Source: Candidatus Moraniibacteriota bacterium
GTDB taxonomy: Bacteria; Patescibacteriota; Minisyncoccia; Moranbacterales; GWC2-37-73
Assembly: GCA_003507445.1 (NCBI GenBank)
Contig: DNVR01000010.1
Location: 1-47,389 of the forward strand
DNA length: 47,389 nt
Direction: 5' to 3'
Positions within the stretch are counted from its first letter, which is position 1, and each line of letters opens with the position of its first letter. Shown one piece after another: positions 1 to 11,700 of this stretch. The notes beneath the pieces were generated by a model. It did no database searches, had not been told where the DNA came from, and saw only the letters and a list, made by a program, of their open reading frames with translations. The position numbers and the translations under genes were made by a program.

Positions 1-504
1 TATCTTAATACTGAATATATTGACTTGGAAAGAATTTTGCTTAGCTTTGAAGTTCCGCTGATGGATATTATTGTGAATTTTCACGATGATCTCAAAAGCG
101 TTTCCTCAGGTTATGCCTCAATGAGCTATGATATTATTGGATATCGAAAATCAGATTTGATTAAATTGGACATTCTTTTGGCTGGCGAAATTGTGGAAGC
201 GCTTGGTCGCATTGTTCCTCGTGATCGTGCTCACAATGAAGGCAAGAGAATTGTGGAAAAATTAGCCCAGGCTATTCCTCGTCAAAACTTTGTGATTCCA
301 GTGCAAGCCTCCATTGGCGCCAAGATTATTGCGCGTGAAACAATCAGACCTTTTCGTAAAGATGTTATTTCCGGATTATACGGTGGGGACGTGACACGAA
401 AAAATAAACTTCTCGACAAGCAAAAGAAAGGGAAAAAGAAAATGCGCAACATCGGAAAAGTCCAAGTCCCATCCGAAGCCTACCTCGCAGTTCTCAAACG
501 TTAG
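1..504 (+). CDS. lepA: Elongation factor 4 (LepA), C-terminal part; gene begins before the window
   Basis: Motifs [27 protein letters not shown]...[23 protein letters not shown]; frame open from base 1. Confidence 0.97.
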   Translation, partial: YLNTEYIDLERILLSFEVPLMDIIVNFHDDLKSVSSGYASMSYDIIGYRKSDLIKLDILLAGEIVEALGRIVPRDRAHNEGKRIVEKLAQAIPRQNFVIPVQASIGAKIIARETIRPFRKDVISGLYGGDVTRKNKLLDKQKKGKKKMRNIGKVQVPSEAYLAVLKR

Positions 505-550
505 AAAAAATGTGTTGTGTTGTTGCTAATAATTTGGTAAAATAATATAT

Positions 551-664
551 ATGAGTCATAAAAAAAGAAAAAGGTTTGCACATATTGTTTGGGTAGTTAT
601 TTCAGTTTTGGCGATCATTTCGATGGTTGGTTTTTCTGTTTCTTCTTTATTTATTGGACAGTAA
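551..664 (+). CDS. Small 37-aa single-TM membrane protein (not in ORF track)
   Basis: MSHKKRKRFAHIVWVVISVLAIISMVGFSVSSLFIGQ*: basic N-terminus followed by a hydrophobic helix; AT-rich leader like neighbouring core genes. Confidence 0.6.
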   Translation: MSHKKRKRFAHIVWVVISVLAIISMVGFSVSSLFIGQ

Positions 665-790
665 AACAAGGATTTATCCTAGCAGTGAAAATCAAAATTT
701 TTAAACACTACCAGCGATTTTAACTAAAAAAAGTTTATTTTAAATAAGTAATTTGAATTGGCTAAAAACCATTTGAATTTCTACTGCGGG

Positions 791-1174
791 ATGAAAAAAA
801 AGTTTTCATATGTGGTGTTTGTTTTTATCGCCGGGATTGTTCTTGCTGTTTTTATATCTGTCAGCGCTGTGCGAGAATCTTATCGCAGTAGAACGATTGA
901 AAAAGAAGTTGAGACATTAAAACAGGAAGCTCAGCGAATTGAAAATGAAAATGAAGCTATGCGAGAACGTATTTCATATTTTGAAACAGCTGAATTTCAA
1001 GAAAAAATAGCCAAGGAAAAATTAAATTTGCAAAAACCTGATGAAAATGTGGTTGTAGTAAAGCAGCGAGTTGAAAAGCAGGTTCAAGAAAATGATGATC
1101 AAGGTGGTGTTGTCCAAGATGAAAAAGTTGATCCTAATTATCTTAAGTGGTGGAATTTTTTCTTTAAATACTAA
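791..1174 (+). CDS. Septum formation initiator family (FtsB/DivIC-like) protein
   Basis: N-terminal TM, coiled coil, EKIAKEKLNLQKPDE motif; ATG 791 preferred to TTG 758. Confidence 0.8.
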   Translation: MKKKFSYVVFVFIAGIVLAVFISVSAVRESYRSRTIEKEVETLKQEAQRIENENEAMRERISYFETAEFQEKIAKEKLNLQKPDENVVVVKQRVEKQVQENDDQGGVVQDEKVDPNYLKWWNFFFKY

Positions 1175-1180
1175 AATTCA

Positions 1181-1330
1181 CCCTGTTAAATAATTTTAAA
1201 AAATAATCATTTTTTAAAATTAAGATTTGGATTATAATCCATTGTATGGGGTGTTGTAATTAAACAATTAATCTAAATAAGTAAAGAAAGATTTTCTTTT
1301 AGAGATCCAAATCTTATTTAACAGGGTAAA
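1181..1330. mobile_element. Palindromic MITE/REP-like element, family A
   Basis: Terminal IR CCCTGTTAAATAA / TTATTTAACAGGG then TAAA; internal IR TAAGATTTGGA / TCCAAATCTTA; last A is the A of the downstream ATG. Confidence 0.75.
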
Positions 1331-2388
1331 TGAAAAAAGAAAACGAAAAAAGAATAAAAGTGTCGACATTGGTATATGCCTTGTTGATTTTAATAATGAT
1401 TGTTTTGAGCATAGGAAGCATTCTTGCTTATGGAACAAGAACTGAAATTGGCACAAAAATTGCAGCTGCAATATCAAAAGCAGTTCCTTTTCCCGCTGTC
1501 ATCATCAATTGGAGTCACATCATTTATATAAATGATGTTCAAGATAATATGGCTTCAATAACAAGATTTTATCAAACACAAGATTTTGCAAAAGAAGGTT
1601 TGCGCATCGATTTCACAACTGAAGATGGGAAAAAACGCTTGAGAATTAAGGAACGCGAAATTATCGACAAAATGGTTGAGGACGAAATTATTGAGATTTT
1701 AGCCAAAGATGCGGGAATTTCTATTACTGATGAAGATGTGGAGAAGGTGGTAACACAAAAATTGAATGAATTTGGAACTGCGGATGATGTAAAAAATGAC
1801 TTGTTGAAATCTTATGGATGGACTATGGATGATTTCAAAAAGCGGGTAGTCTTGCCAAGTCTTTATGCTGAAGCTTTGGCTCAAAATGTTGCAGCTGAAG
1901 GAGTTACTGATAATAACAAAGCAAAGAATAAAATTTCTCAGGCTCAAAAAGAACTTGAAAGCGGAAAAGATTTTGTTGATGTTGTGCGTAGTTATTCTGA
2001 GGGGCCATCCAGGGAAAAAGGTGGGGAGCTTGGCTGGGCAAAAAAAGATCAAGTTGTGCCAGAGCTTCAAGAAATTTTATTTGGAAAAGAGGTGCCAGTG
2101 AAAAACAGTATCGTTGAAAGTTCAATAGGTTTTCACATTGTGGAAATTGAAAATAGAAAAAAGGAAAACAACGAGGACATTTTGCAATTGAGACAAATAT
2201 TCGTTGCAAAAAACACTTTTGCTGATTGGTTGGAAGACAAGAAGAAACAAATGAAAGTTTCAGTTCCATTGGCTGATTTTACTTGGAATGCTGAAAATGG
2301 CTCTATTGATTTTGAAGATGAGGATATGCGAGTTTTTGAAAAACAAGAGCGAGCAAAAGTTCAGGGCGACGCATCAATATTATTTTAA
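1330..2388 (+). CDS. PrsA/SurA-like peptidyl-prolyl isomerase (SurA N-terminal + parvulin domain), membrane anchored
   Basis: TM anchor; F..VVRSYSEGPSREKGGELGW and VESSIGFHIV parvulin motifs. Confidence 0.88.
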   Translation: MKKENEKRIKVSTLVYALLILIMIVLSIGSILAYGTRTEIGTKIAAAISKAVPFPAVIINWSHIIYINDVQDNMASITRFYQTQDFAKEGLRIDFTTEDGKKRLRIKEREIIDKMVEDEIIEILAKDAGISITDEDVEKVVTQKLNEFGTADDVKNDLLKSYGWTMDDFKKRVVLPSLYAEALAQNVAAEGVTDNNKAKNKISQAQKELESGKDFVDVVRSYSEGPSREKGGELGWAKKDQVVPELQEILFGKEVPVKNSIVESSIGFHIVEIENRKKENNEDILQLRQIFVAKNTFADWLEDKKKQMKVSVPLADFTWNAENGSIDFEDEDMRVFEKQERAKVQGDASILF

Positions 2389-2391
2389 GGT

Positions 2392-2550
2392 CTACGAACG
2401 TACGAAAATGTACAAAAGTACAAAAATTTGATATTTTTAATTTATTAATTAATTTTTTCTGCAAACTACAAAAATCTTTCAAATTTATTGATATATAAAA
2501 AATGCGTTTTTTGTATATTTGTATTTTTGTAATAATTTGTAATTTTGTAG
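2392..2550. repeat. Short degenerate tandem repeats (TACRAA-type) with an inverted partner array
   Basis: tacgaacgtacgaaaatgtacaaaagtacaaaa ... ttgtatatttgtatttttgtaataatttgtaattttgta. Confidence 0.55.
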
Positions 2551-2562
2551 AACTATAATAAT

Positions 2563-2745
2563 ATGACAAAACCAGTAGTAAACGAAGACTTGTGCATTGG
2601 GTGTGGAACTTGTGAATCATTGTGTCCAACAGCGTTTAAAATGGAAAATGGAAAATCACACGTTATTGTTGAACAATGTGGAGATTGTGATTGCCAAGAA
2701 ACAGTTGACAGCTGTCCTGTGAATGCAATATCTCTAGAGGAATAA
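2563..2745 (+). CDS. Ferredoxin (single-cluster type)
   Basis: CIGCGTCESLCP ... CPVNAI. Confidence 0.92.
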   Translation: MTKPVVNEDLCIGCGTCESLCPTAFKMENGKSHVIVEQCGDCDCQETVDSCPVNAISLEE

Positions 2746-2752
2746 TTGTGCT

Positions 2753-2784
2753 GGCACTCAGGGTTTTAACCGACCCTGAGTGCC
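2753..2784 (+). terminator. Strong hairpin after the ferredoxin gene (terminator or stabiliser)
   Basis: GGCACTCAGGG...CCCTGAGTGCC 11-bp stem; T-tract not immediately adjacent. Confidence 0.55.
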
Positions 2785-2856
2785 ATACCTTTTAATTTTT
2801 GCGTAGGGTATAAAAAATTGTTTCTGATTGTTGTTTTTGTTCGGAAATAAAATGGC

Positions 2857-3154
2857 ATTAAGCATTTTGTTTCCATCACTCACTCGGAAATGCTCGTCTG
2901 CTGACGAATCATTTCGCTCGTTTCGTTCGGAAATAATACTTTTTTCCTCTTGTATGAATTATAGAAAGCCCACAAGGCCCAGTGCTATGCTCGGAGTTTC
3001 TTTTGGGCGAATGGTTTTGAATATTGAATAATATGCTTAATTTTTGTTTGCCTATTTCCTTTTTGAGCACGTTTTTGACCCAAGACTATGGTCAAAAACT
3101 CAAAGAATTGCTGTCGCAATAATTGGCCAAAAAGAAAACAGGCAAACAAAAATT
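2857..3154. other. Large structured intergenic element upstream of htrA
   Basis: ATTAAGCAT(2857)/ATGCTTAAT(3033) closing stem; perfect 15-bp IR 3039-3053/3140-3154 enclosing two hairpins. Confidence 0.55.
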
Positions 3155-3208
3155 TCAAAGCTTTATTAATTCAATTGATACATTAATTAATAGTAAATTT
3201 TTAATTAT

Positions 3209-4528
3209 ATGGAAAATATTCAAAAAGAAGAAGTGATTTCTGAAAAAGTAGATAACAAAAAAAATTCTCGCGTTTATTTGTCAAAAACAATGTTGGCGGG
3301 GTTGGTTTTGATGACGATGCTCCTCTCGTCTTTGTTTGGAGCAGTTTTTGGTCTTATGTCGGCGGGCGTAGTGAATATTTTTTCTCTTAAAATTGGTCAA
3401 AAAATAGGGCAATATTTTCCAAAAGTTGATTTGCATAAAATAAACCCTGAGGTCAGCAGGCAACAGGTTATTGTGGAGGATTCAGCTGTGATTGATGTTG
3501 TGGAAAAAGTTTCTCCAGCAGTGGTTAATATTGTTATTTCCAAAAACATTCCAAATACTACAAATAGCTTTAATGATCCTTGGGGCTTCTTTGATCCCTT
3601 CTTCAGCGAACCTTTTGGTGGCAGCAATGGGGACACTCAAACAGATCAAGGAACACAAAAAAGGACAATTGGTGGCGGCAGTGGATTTTTTATAACATCA
3701 GATGGATATATTTTGACAAACCGTCATGTGCTTGAAGATCAGCAAGCTGATTATACTGTCGTTACTAATGATGGTAAGGAATATGTTGCAAAAGTGTTGG
3801 CACGTGATCCTGTGCGCGACGTGGCAGTGATTAAGATTGAAGGTAACAATTTTCCAGTAGCGACACTGGGTGATTCTGATGTGCTGAAGATTGGTCAAAC
3901 CGTTGTTGCTATTGGAAATTCTTTGGGAGAATTTTCTAACTCTGTTAGTCGAGGAATAGTTTCGGGATTAAAAAGAAATCTTAGTGCCGGTAGTGGTTTT
4001 GGCGATAGTGAAAGATTGACCGACATCATCCAAACAGATGCCGCTATAAATCCTGGAAATTCCGGTGGTCCACTTTTGGATATTAATGGTAATGTTATTG
4101 GAATCAATGTTGCTGTGGCTCAAGGGGCACAGAATGTTGGTTTTGCTTTGCCGGTCAATCAAGCCAAAAGAATAATCGATCAAGTTAAAAATGGTACCAA
4201 GATTTCAGTTCCATATTTGGGTGTAAGATATGTTATGATAGACCAAGCAATTCAAGAAGAAACACAGCTTCCTTTCAATTATGGCGTGTTGGTGCTGCGA
4301 GGAACAAAAATGACTGACCTGGCTGTTATTCCTGGGTCTCCTGCTGATAAAGCTGGCATCGTGGAAAATGATATAATTTTAGAAATCGATGGTCAGAAAA
4401 TTAATCAGAAAAATCAACTTGGTGATATGATTTTGAAATATAATTCAGGAGATGTTGTTACTTTAAAGATTTGGCACAAAGGCGAAACAAAAGACATTCA
4501 AGTAAAACTGGAAGAACGTAAGAGCTAA
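3209..4528 (+). CDS. htrA: HtrA/DegP family serine protease, TM anchor, single PDZ domain
   Basis: GSGF..TNRHV, DVAVIK, IQTDAAINPGNSGGPL intact triad; C-terminal PDZ. Confidence 0.93.
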   Translation: MENIQKEEVISEKVDNKKNSRVYLSKTMLAGLVLMTMLLSSLFGAVFGLMSAGVVNIFSLKIGQKIGQYFPKVDLHKINPEVSRQQVIVEDSAVIDVVEKVSPAVVNIVISKNIPNTTNSFNDPWGFFDPFFSEPFGGSNGDTQTDQGTQKRTIGGGSGFFITSDGYILTNRHVLEDQQADYTVVTNDGKEYVAKVLARDPVRDVAVIKIEGNNFPVATLGDSDVLKIGQTVVAIGNSLGEFSNSVSRGIVSGLKRNLSAGSGFGDSERLTDIIQTDAAINPGNSGGPLLDINGNVIGINVAVAQGAQNVGFALPVNQAKRIIDQVKNGTKISVPYLGVRYVMIDQAIQEETQLPFNYGVLVLRGTKMTDLAVIPGSPADKAGIVENDIILEIDGQKINQKNQLGDMILKYNSGDVVTLKIWHKGETKDIQVKLEERKS

Positions 4529-4539
4529 TTTGATTACAA

Positions 4540-4665
4540 ATTAAATTACTAATTTCTGATATCTAATTTTTAATAAAAACACAAATTTCCAATGCAAGAA
4601 TGCAAAAATTGGGATTTTAGGAATTGGAAATTAATTAGAAATTAGGAATTGGGTATTAGAAATTT
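4540..4665. repeat. Degenerate heptamer arrays (YAATTTC / GAAATTR) in inverted arrangement
   Basis: actaatttctgatatctaattttt ... ggaattggaaattaattagaaattaggaattgggtattagaaatt. Confidence 0.55.
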
Positions 4666-4674
4666 TTTACAACT

Positions 4675-7290
4675 ATGGATATAAATAAACTTACAATAAA
4701 AAGTCAGGAATTGCTTAGGAAGTCGCAAGAATATGCACTTTCTCTTGGGCAACAACAAATCGATATTTTTCATTTGCTGTTCTCATTGATTTCTCAAGGT
4801 GGATCAATTGTTCCTGTTATTTTCAAAAAAATAGGAGTTGATATTGAAAAAATAAAAAATGAGGTGACGCAAGAAGTTAAGAAATATCCAAAAACAGAAG
4901 TTGGCGCGCTTGGTCAAGTTTTCATTACGCCAGCCTTGGTTCAAATTTTGGAACAAGCAGAAAAAGAAATGGCACACATTGGCGATGATTTTGTTTCCAC
5001 GGAACATTTGCTGTTGGCATTTCTTTCAATCAATTCTCCTGCCAAAAAGATGCTTGAAGACAATGGAGTTTTTTATGATATGGTTTTGCAAATTCTTTCT
5101 CAAATTCGTGGAGCGCAAAGAGTTGATAATCCTGAACCGGAAGGAAAGTTTCAGGTTATTGAAAAATATACCATCAACCTTACTGAGCTTGCACGCCAAG
5201 ACAAGCTTGATCCTGTGATTGGACGTGATGAGGAAATTCGTCGTGTGATGCAGGTCTTAAGTCGTCGTAGAAAAAATAATCCTGTTTTGATTGGAGAAGC
5301 AGGGACAGGAAAAACCGCTATTGCTGAAGGACTTGCGCAGCGAATTGCTTCGGGCGACGTTCCAGAGACGCTTAAGGACAAAGAATTGATTTCACTGGAT
5401 CTTGGTTCAATGTTGGCTGGTGCAAAATTTCGTGGAGAATTTGAAGACAGATTAAAAGCAATTTTAAAAGAAACAGAGCACGCGGATGGAAAGTATATTA
5501 TGTTTATTGATGAATTGCATACTTTGGTTGGAGCAGGTGCAACAGAGGGTTCGCTTGATGCTTCAAATATGCTCAAGCCCGCGCTTGCTCGTGGAAAATT
5601 GAAAACAATTGGCGCCACAACCACCAAGGAATATCAAAAATATATTGAAAAAGATGCAGCGCTCGAGAGAAGATTCCAGCCAGTTTTGGTTTCAGAACCT
5701 TCAGCATTGGATTCGCTGGCAATACTTCGAGGGATAAAAGAAAAATATGAATTACACCACGGCATTAAGATTACGGATGGTGCTCTTTCTGCTGCAGTAA
5801 AATTGTCATCCCGCTATATTTCAGACAGGTTTTTGCCGGATAAGGCTGTTGATTTGATTGATGAAGCAGCTTCGGCACTTCGAATGGAAATAGATTCAAT
5901 GCCAATTGAAATCGATCAGATGCAGCGAAAAATTCGCCAATTTGAAATTGAAAAGAAAGCGATCCAGCGGGACAAAGCCAAGGATTCGCGTGGCAAAATT
6001 TTGCAAATAAACAAACAGCTTGCGGAACTCAAAGAAAAATCCAACAGTCTGACTTTGCAATGGAAAACAGAAAAAGATCTCATTACTGCAACTCGTCAAC
6101 ACAAAAAAGATATTGATAAGCTTAAATCAGAAGCTGAAATTGCTGAAAGAAACGGCGAGTTGGACAAGGTTGCCGAGATTCGTTATGGAAAAATTCCATT
6201 TTTAGAAAAGAAGGTTAAAGATGAAGAGCGAAAATTAAGCAAAATTCAAAAGGAAAACTCTATTTTGAAAGAGGAAATTACTGAAGAGGAAATTGCCAGA
6301 GTGGTTTCGCGTTGGACTGGAATTCCTGTTTCAAAGATGCTGGAAAGTGAACTTGAAAAACTTGCCTATATGGAAAAAGAACTGGGCGAGCGAGTTATTG
6401 GTCAAGATGAGGCGATTAAAGCAGTCTCAAATGCCATCAGAAGGTCGCGCGCTGGCATTTCAGAAGAGAATCGTCCAATTGGTTCATTTATTTTTCTTGG
6501 TCCAACAGGAGTGGGCAAAACTGAATTGGCAAAAACATTGGCAGAATTCTTGTTCAATGATCCAAAATCAATGGTGCGCTTGGATATGAGTGAATATATG
6601 GAACCACATTCAACTGCGAAAATGATTGGTTCGCCCCCTGGTTATGTGGGATATGATGAAGGCGGACAGCTCACAGAAATTGTGCGCAAGCGGCCGTATA
6701 GTGTGATTTTGTTTGATGAAATTGAAAAAGCTCATCCGCAAGTTTTCAACATCCTGCTTCAAATTTTGGACGATGGGCGATTGACTGATTCTAAGGGACG
6801 CATCGTTAATTTTAAAAATACGGTTATCGTAATGACCTCAAATGTTGGCAGTGAGATTATTTATAAAATGGAATCATTTGGTTTTCAAAGTGAACGCAAA
6901 GAAGACACTGTGAGTGAAAATGAGATGCGCGCCAAGGTGCAAGCAAGTCTGCGGGAACAATTCAAGCCAGAGTTTCTCAATAGAATTGATGAGCTGATTA
7001 TTTTTCATCCACTCAACAAAAAAATACTTTTGCAAATTACCAATTTGCAATTGGCTTTGGTGCAAAAACGACTTGATGAGAAAAATATCAAGTTGAAAGT
7101 CTCCAATGATGTCAAGGCATATTTGACGCAAAAAGGTTTTGATCCAGTCTATGGAGCACGTCCGCTCAAGCGCATCATCCAAAACGAAATTCTCGACGAA
7201 CTTGCCTTGGAAATTATCGAAAAGAAAATTGTCGATGGCGACACAGTCAAAGTCCAACTTGAAAAAGAAAAAATTGTTTTCATTAAATAG
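4675..7290 (+). CDS. clpB: ATP-dependent chaperone ClpB
   Basis: Two AAA modules ([16 protein letters not shown]) and a long coiled-coil M domain; 871 aa. Confidence 0.95.
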   Translation: MDINKLTIKSQELLRKSQEYALSLGQQQIDIFHLLFSLISQGGSIVPVIFKKIGVDIEKIKNEVTQEVKKYPKTEVGALGQVFITPALVQILEQAEKEMAHIGDDFVSTEHLLLAFLSINSPAKKMLEDNGVFYDMVLQILSQIRGAQRVDNPEPEGKFQVIEKYTINLTELARQDKLDPVIGRDEEIRRVMQVLSRRRKNNPVLIGEAGTGKTAIAEGLAQRIASGDVPETLKDKELISLDLGSMLAGAKFRGEFEDRLKAILKETEHADGKYIMFIDELHTLVGAGATEGSLDASNMLKPALARGKLKTIGATTTKEYQKYIEKDAALERRFQPVLVSEPSALDSLAILRGIKEKYELHHGIKITDGALSAAVKLSSRYISDRFLPDKAVDLIDEAASALRMEIDSMPIEIDQMQRKIRQFEIEKKAIQRDKAKDSRGKILQINKQLAELKEKSNSLTLQWKTEKDLITATRQHKKDIDKLKSEAEIAERNGELDKVAEIRYGKIPFLEKKVKDEERKLSKIQKENSILKEEITEEEIARVVSRWTGIPVSKMLESELEKLAYMEKELGERVIGQDEAIKAVSNAIRRSRAGISEENRPIGSFIFLGPTGVGKTELAKTLAEFLFNDPKSMVRLDMSEYMEPHSTAKMIGSPPGYVGYDEGGQLTEIVRKRPYSVILFDEIEKAHPQVFNILLQILDDGRLTDSKGRIVNFKNTVIVMTSNVGSEIIYKMESFGFQSERKEDTVSENEMRAKVQASLREQFKPEFLNRIDELIIFHPLNKKILLQITNLQLALVQKRLDEKNIKLKVSNDVKAYLTQKGFDPVYGARPLKRIIQNEILDELALEIIEKKIVDGDTVKVQLEKEKIVFIK

Positions 7291-7308
7291 TTTTAAAACA
7301 AAATTTGC

Positions 7309-7341
7309 ATAAGCTCATATGGTTTGACTATATGAGCTTAT
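7309..7341 (+). terminator. Hairpin after clpB
   Basis: ATAAGCTCATAT-9nt-ATATGAGCTTAT then TTT. Confidence 0.65.
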
Positions 7342-7418
7342 TTTGATACCTTTATCAAAAGTTCTTTTTAGCATTTACGGACTTTGTTCGTAAAATCATA
7401 GAGTGAAAGGGAGGAAGT

Positions 7419-8531
7419 ATGAGTAAAAAAGAGGGCATGACTTATGCCGGAACTGGTGTGAACTATGATGAGATGGATCCTTTCAAGATTGCGGCACAGC
7501 TTGCAGCAGGAAAAACGGCTAGCAATATTGAACGCTTTGGTTTTTCGGAGTTAGTATCAAGTCGTGGCGAAAGCGCATACATAGTTGAAATGATTAACTT
7601 TTATATGGCATTCGTCGAAGAAGGTCTTGGTACTAAAAACCTCGTTGCCGACGCGATGTATACACTGACTGGTAAGACCTACTATGATCAGATTGCGCAG
7701 TGCACGATTGCTATGATCGTGAACGATCTGATCACTGTTGGTGCACTTCCGGTTTCGGTAGCGATGCACCTGGCTGTCGGCGATTCTGCCTGGTTTTCAG
7801 ACACAAAGCGTACCGATGATCTCATTGCAGGGTGGAAGAAAGGCTGTGATCTGGCGCGCTGCACTTGGGGAGGTGGCGAAACTCCTACTCTCAAAGGAGT
7901 TGTTGTTCCCGAAGCGGTAGTCCTCAGTGGGTCGTCTGTTGGGATGATAAGGTCTGATCGCGAAATGCTTTCTGGCGAAAAAATCCAGGACGGCGACGTG
8001 ATCGTGATTATCGAAAGTTCCGGCATCCATGCTAATGGCCTTACGCTTGCGCGCAAGATTGCTGACAAACTTCCCGAAGGTTATCTGACAAAGATGCCCA
8101 GCGGAAGAGCATATGGCGAAGCATTGCTTGATCCCACGATCATTTATGTTCCTCTTGTCGACGAATGTCAGAAGGAAGGAATCGAGCTCCACTACGGGAT
8201 TAACATTACTGGTCACGGCCTGCGTAAATTGATGCGCGCTCAGCAGAAGTTTTCCTATGTTGTCGATAAAATTCCGCAGGTTCCTGAGGTTCTCACCTTC
8301 ATGCAGATGCATGGGCCTGTCAGCGATGAAGAAGCATATGGCAACCTGAACATGGGCGCAGGGTTCGCTCTCATTGTTCCGCCCAAAAGCAGCGCAAAGG
8401 TCATAACAAAGGCCAATAACCTGGAGATGAAAGCGTTCGCTGGCGGTCGCGTTCACAAGAGCGACGAGCGCAGTGTTCATATCAAACCCAAAAATCTTGT
8501 CTATAGCGAATCATCACTCAAAGTTCGCTAA
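7419..8531 (+). CDS. purM: Phosphoribosylformylglycinamidine cyclo-ligase (AIR synthase)
   Basis: MTYAGTGV, EGLGTK, AMIVNDL, GGET, SSGIHANGLTLARK, NMGAGF; SD GGAGG. Confidence 0.9.
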   Translation: MSKKEGMTYAGTGVNYDEMDPFKIAAQLAAGKTASNIERFGFSELVSSRGESAYIVEMINFYMAFVEEGLGTKNLVADAMYTLTGKTYYDQIAQCTIAMIVNDLITVGALPVSVAMHLAVGDSAWFSDTKRTDDLIAGWKKGCDLARCTWGGGETPTLKGVVVPEAVVLSGSSVGMIRSDREMLSGEKIQDGDVIVIIESSGIHANGLTLARKIADKLPEGYLTKMPSGRAYGEALLDPTIIYVPLVDECQKEGIELHYGINITGHGLRKLMRAQQKFSYVVDKIPQVPEVLTFMQMHGPVSDEEAYGNLNMGAGFALIVPPKSSAKVITKANNLEMKAFAGGRVHKSDERSVHIKPKNLVYSESSLKVR

Positions 8532-8543
8532 AATATTACCCAG

Positions 8544-8585
8544 CAAGGGTCAACTCGCTAAGTCGAGTCGGCCCTTGTTTTTTTG
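8544..8585 (+). terminator. Intrinsic terminator after purM
   Basis: CAAGGGTCAACTCG...CGAGTCGGCCCTTG followed by a T-tract. Confidence 0.75.
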
Positions 8586-8763
8586 TTGCATAAATATAAA
8601 TACCTGTTATTATAAAGAACTGCTTTTTAGGCAGTTCTGTAGCTTAAAAATTGAATGAAATTAGGTATTTATTTGAGAATAAAAAACTTGAAAGGAGACA
8701 TTTCGTGAAGTTATTGCCTGCGTACTTGAGATTAACCAAAAACAGAAAAAGGGGAGGTAAGTC

Positions 8764-11700
8764 ATGGGAATGATGCATTTGTATTATCGGCAAAGTGAGG
8801 CGATGGAATTGCATTTCAACATCCAAACATCAGAGATCATCGAAGGGGAAAACCTGGAGAAACTGCTGTGGCTCATCAAGCAGCCGGGAAGCCAGTATCA
8901 ACCAAAATTTGAAACTGCGCTTTCTGGGGAAATTGTGGAAATCGGACCGCTGATGCATTTTGAAACCACGTTTTCCAGCAAGGCAGTGAACATCTGTCGT
9001 GAAGCTGGGCTCGATTGCGTTTCACGCGTCGAATATTTCACGCGCTATATGCTTCCAGCTGGAACCGATCGCAAGGACTTTGTTGCAAAAAACTGCGACC
9101 GCATGATTGAAGGTGTTTATGATAATTTGCTGGAGACTTTTGAAACTGGAATTTTGCCAGAGCCAACACAAATCATAGCGCTATTAGAAAGCGGACGAGT
9201 CCCGCTCGAAGAAATCAGTAAAAAGATGGGACTTGGTTTTAATCTGTCGAAACTGGATTTTTTGTATGATTACTATGTGAATTATGAAAAAAGAAATCCG
9301 ACAGATGTGGAATTGTTTGCAGCTGCTCAAGCACTGAGCGAGCATTGTCGACATGGATTTTTTGGAGCGCAACTTTATATTGATCATGAAGGTGAGAGAA
9401 AAAAAATGGCGGAAACGCTTTTTCAAATCATCAAATCAATTCGCGCTGCAAATCCTGGCAACAGTAATCGCGCATTTTGTGATAATGCTAGTTCGATCGA
9501 TGGATATGAAGTGAGAGTTTTGGAAAGTGCATTTCCATACAAATCAGCAGAAATGATCGAAAGAACACATCTTGTTCACGTCACAAATACTGCCGAAACA
9601 CACAATTATCCCTCCAGCATTTCGGCTTTTGCCGGTGCAATAACTGGCATTGTTGGAATGTTGCGTGACGATGATGCCGAAGGTTGTGGTTCACAGGGAT
9701 TGTTTTGCTATGGTGGATATTTTGTTGCAGCTCTGCATATGCTCGGTTATCACATAGCTGGAGAATTGGATTTGCAACTCGCTGCAAGATTGGAAACTCC
9801 ACTAAATATACTTATCAAGGGGAGTAATGGTGTTGTGGATGGGGCAAATAAATATGGTCAGCCTGTAACTTGTGGTGTCTGCCGTTCGGTCGACATTCTT
9901 TTGCCTGATGGTGAACGACGCGCCTATTTGAAGCCAATTCTTTATGTTGGCGGAGTCGGGACAATTAAGGATATTCATCTGGAAAAAGATGAGCCGAAAA
10001 TTGGCATGAAAATCGTTCAAATTGGCGGTCCAGCTTTTCGCATTGGCAAGGGAGGTGGAGCTCGTTCAAGCGTGCTTAGCACTAGCGCTGAAGATCACGC
10101 ACTTGATTTTGATGGTGTGCAACGTGGCGATCCGGAAATGCAAAATGGAGTTCATCGTGTGACGAGAGCCTGCACAGAGATGAATAAAGATAATCCAATT
10201 GCAGTTGTGCATGACCAAGGTGCAGGTGGCCCTGGCAATGTTCTTTTGGAAATTGTTGGGCAGTCTGGTGGACGCATTGATATTCGCAATATTAGAGTCG
10301 CTGACAAGACAATGTCAGTCCTGGAAATCATCGGCTGCGAATATCAAGAGCGCATGGCATATTTGATTTATCCTGAGCGTTTTGAGATGTTTAAGAGGAT
10401 TTGTTTGCGAGAAGGTGTGCATTGTGAAGATTTGGGTGAGATCACTGGTGACGGACGCATTGTTTTCTTTGATGAAGATGAAGGCACGACCCCAGTAAAT
10501 CTCAACCTGGAAAAGTTTATGATTGATTTGCCACAGGAAGAATATGAATTGGTGCGGGTTGATCATAGACTTAAGCCTTTGGAAATTCCGGAAGATCTGA
10601 CGGTTGAGCAGGCTTTTGAAATGGTCTGCCAACAACTCTCAGTTTGCTCCAAGGGTTTTCTGGTGCATAAGGGAGATCAAAGTGTTGGTGGCTTGGTTGC
10701 ACAGCAGCAATGTTGTGGCCCAATGCAAATTCCCGTTTCTGATGTGGCTGTTTCTGCAATAAGCTATTTGGAGAATTGCGGCGCCGCTGAAGGACTTGGA
10801 GAAGCACCTTTGACAATACTGATTAGTCCTGAGGCAGGAGCACGCATGATCATCGCCGAAGCCCTACTGAATATTTTCGCAGCTCAAGTGACTTCAGTTC
10901 ACGACATCACATATCGTGCAAACTGGATGGCTGCTGCAAAGTTGCCAGGTGAAGGCGTGGTGATTCATGATGCAATTGTTTCACTTCGTGATCTTTCGAT
11001 TTTTTTCAAAATCAAACCTGACGGCGGAAAAGATAGCCTGACAATGGCGGAGATGATTGAAAATGTTTTTGTCAAAGCTCCGGCTACACTTATTCTTTCT
11101 GCTTATTGCACTGTTGACGATGTCAAAAAAGTTGTGACGCCAGACATTAAACGTCCTGGGAAAAGCGTGCTTATTTTGCTTGATCCAGCGAAAGGCAAAT
11201 GTCGTCTGGGTGGCAGCGCACTGGCACAAGCTCTGGGTGGACAAATTGGAGATGAATGTCCAGATGTGGATAATTCTGAATTGTTCCTTAACACGTTGTT
11301 TGCAATTCTGGAGCTGCATGAAAAAGACTTAATGCTGGCATATCATGACCGCGTCGGTGACGGCGGCCTCATTGTCACATTGGCGGAAATGGCCATGGCA
11401 AAAAATTGCGGTATGCTCGTTACGCTCGAAAAAAGAAAAGACCGCAGTGCAATCGAAACTCTCTTTAACCAGGAAGCAGGTGTTGTAATTGAATGCGCAA
11501 TTGAACAAGTTGCTGAAATTTCAGGAGTTCTCAATTTTTACGGAGTACCTCATGGAATTATTGCATCAACCTGGGAAAATCCGCGCATGACAATATGCGA
11601 AGGTGATGAAATAATATTCAACAAGTCAATCGGTGCCATGCGGCAAACATGGGAAAGGACATCATATGAAATCGAAAAACTTCAGATGCCCAATCCTGAA

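Noticed and set aside
2752..2785. CIRCE-like TGGCACTC...GAGTGCCA upstream of htrA/clpB
   Set aside because: The spacer is 18 nt, not 9, and itself base-pairs; better explained as an RNA hairpin
2828..3031. 67-aa ORF
   Set aside because: TTG start, no recognisable motif, overlaps the structured element
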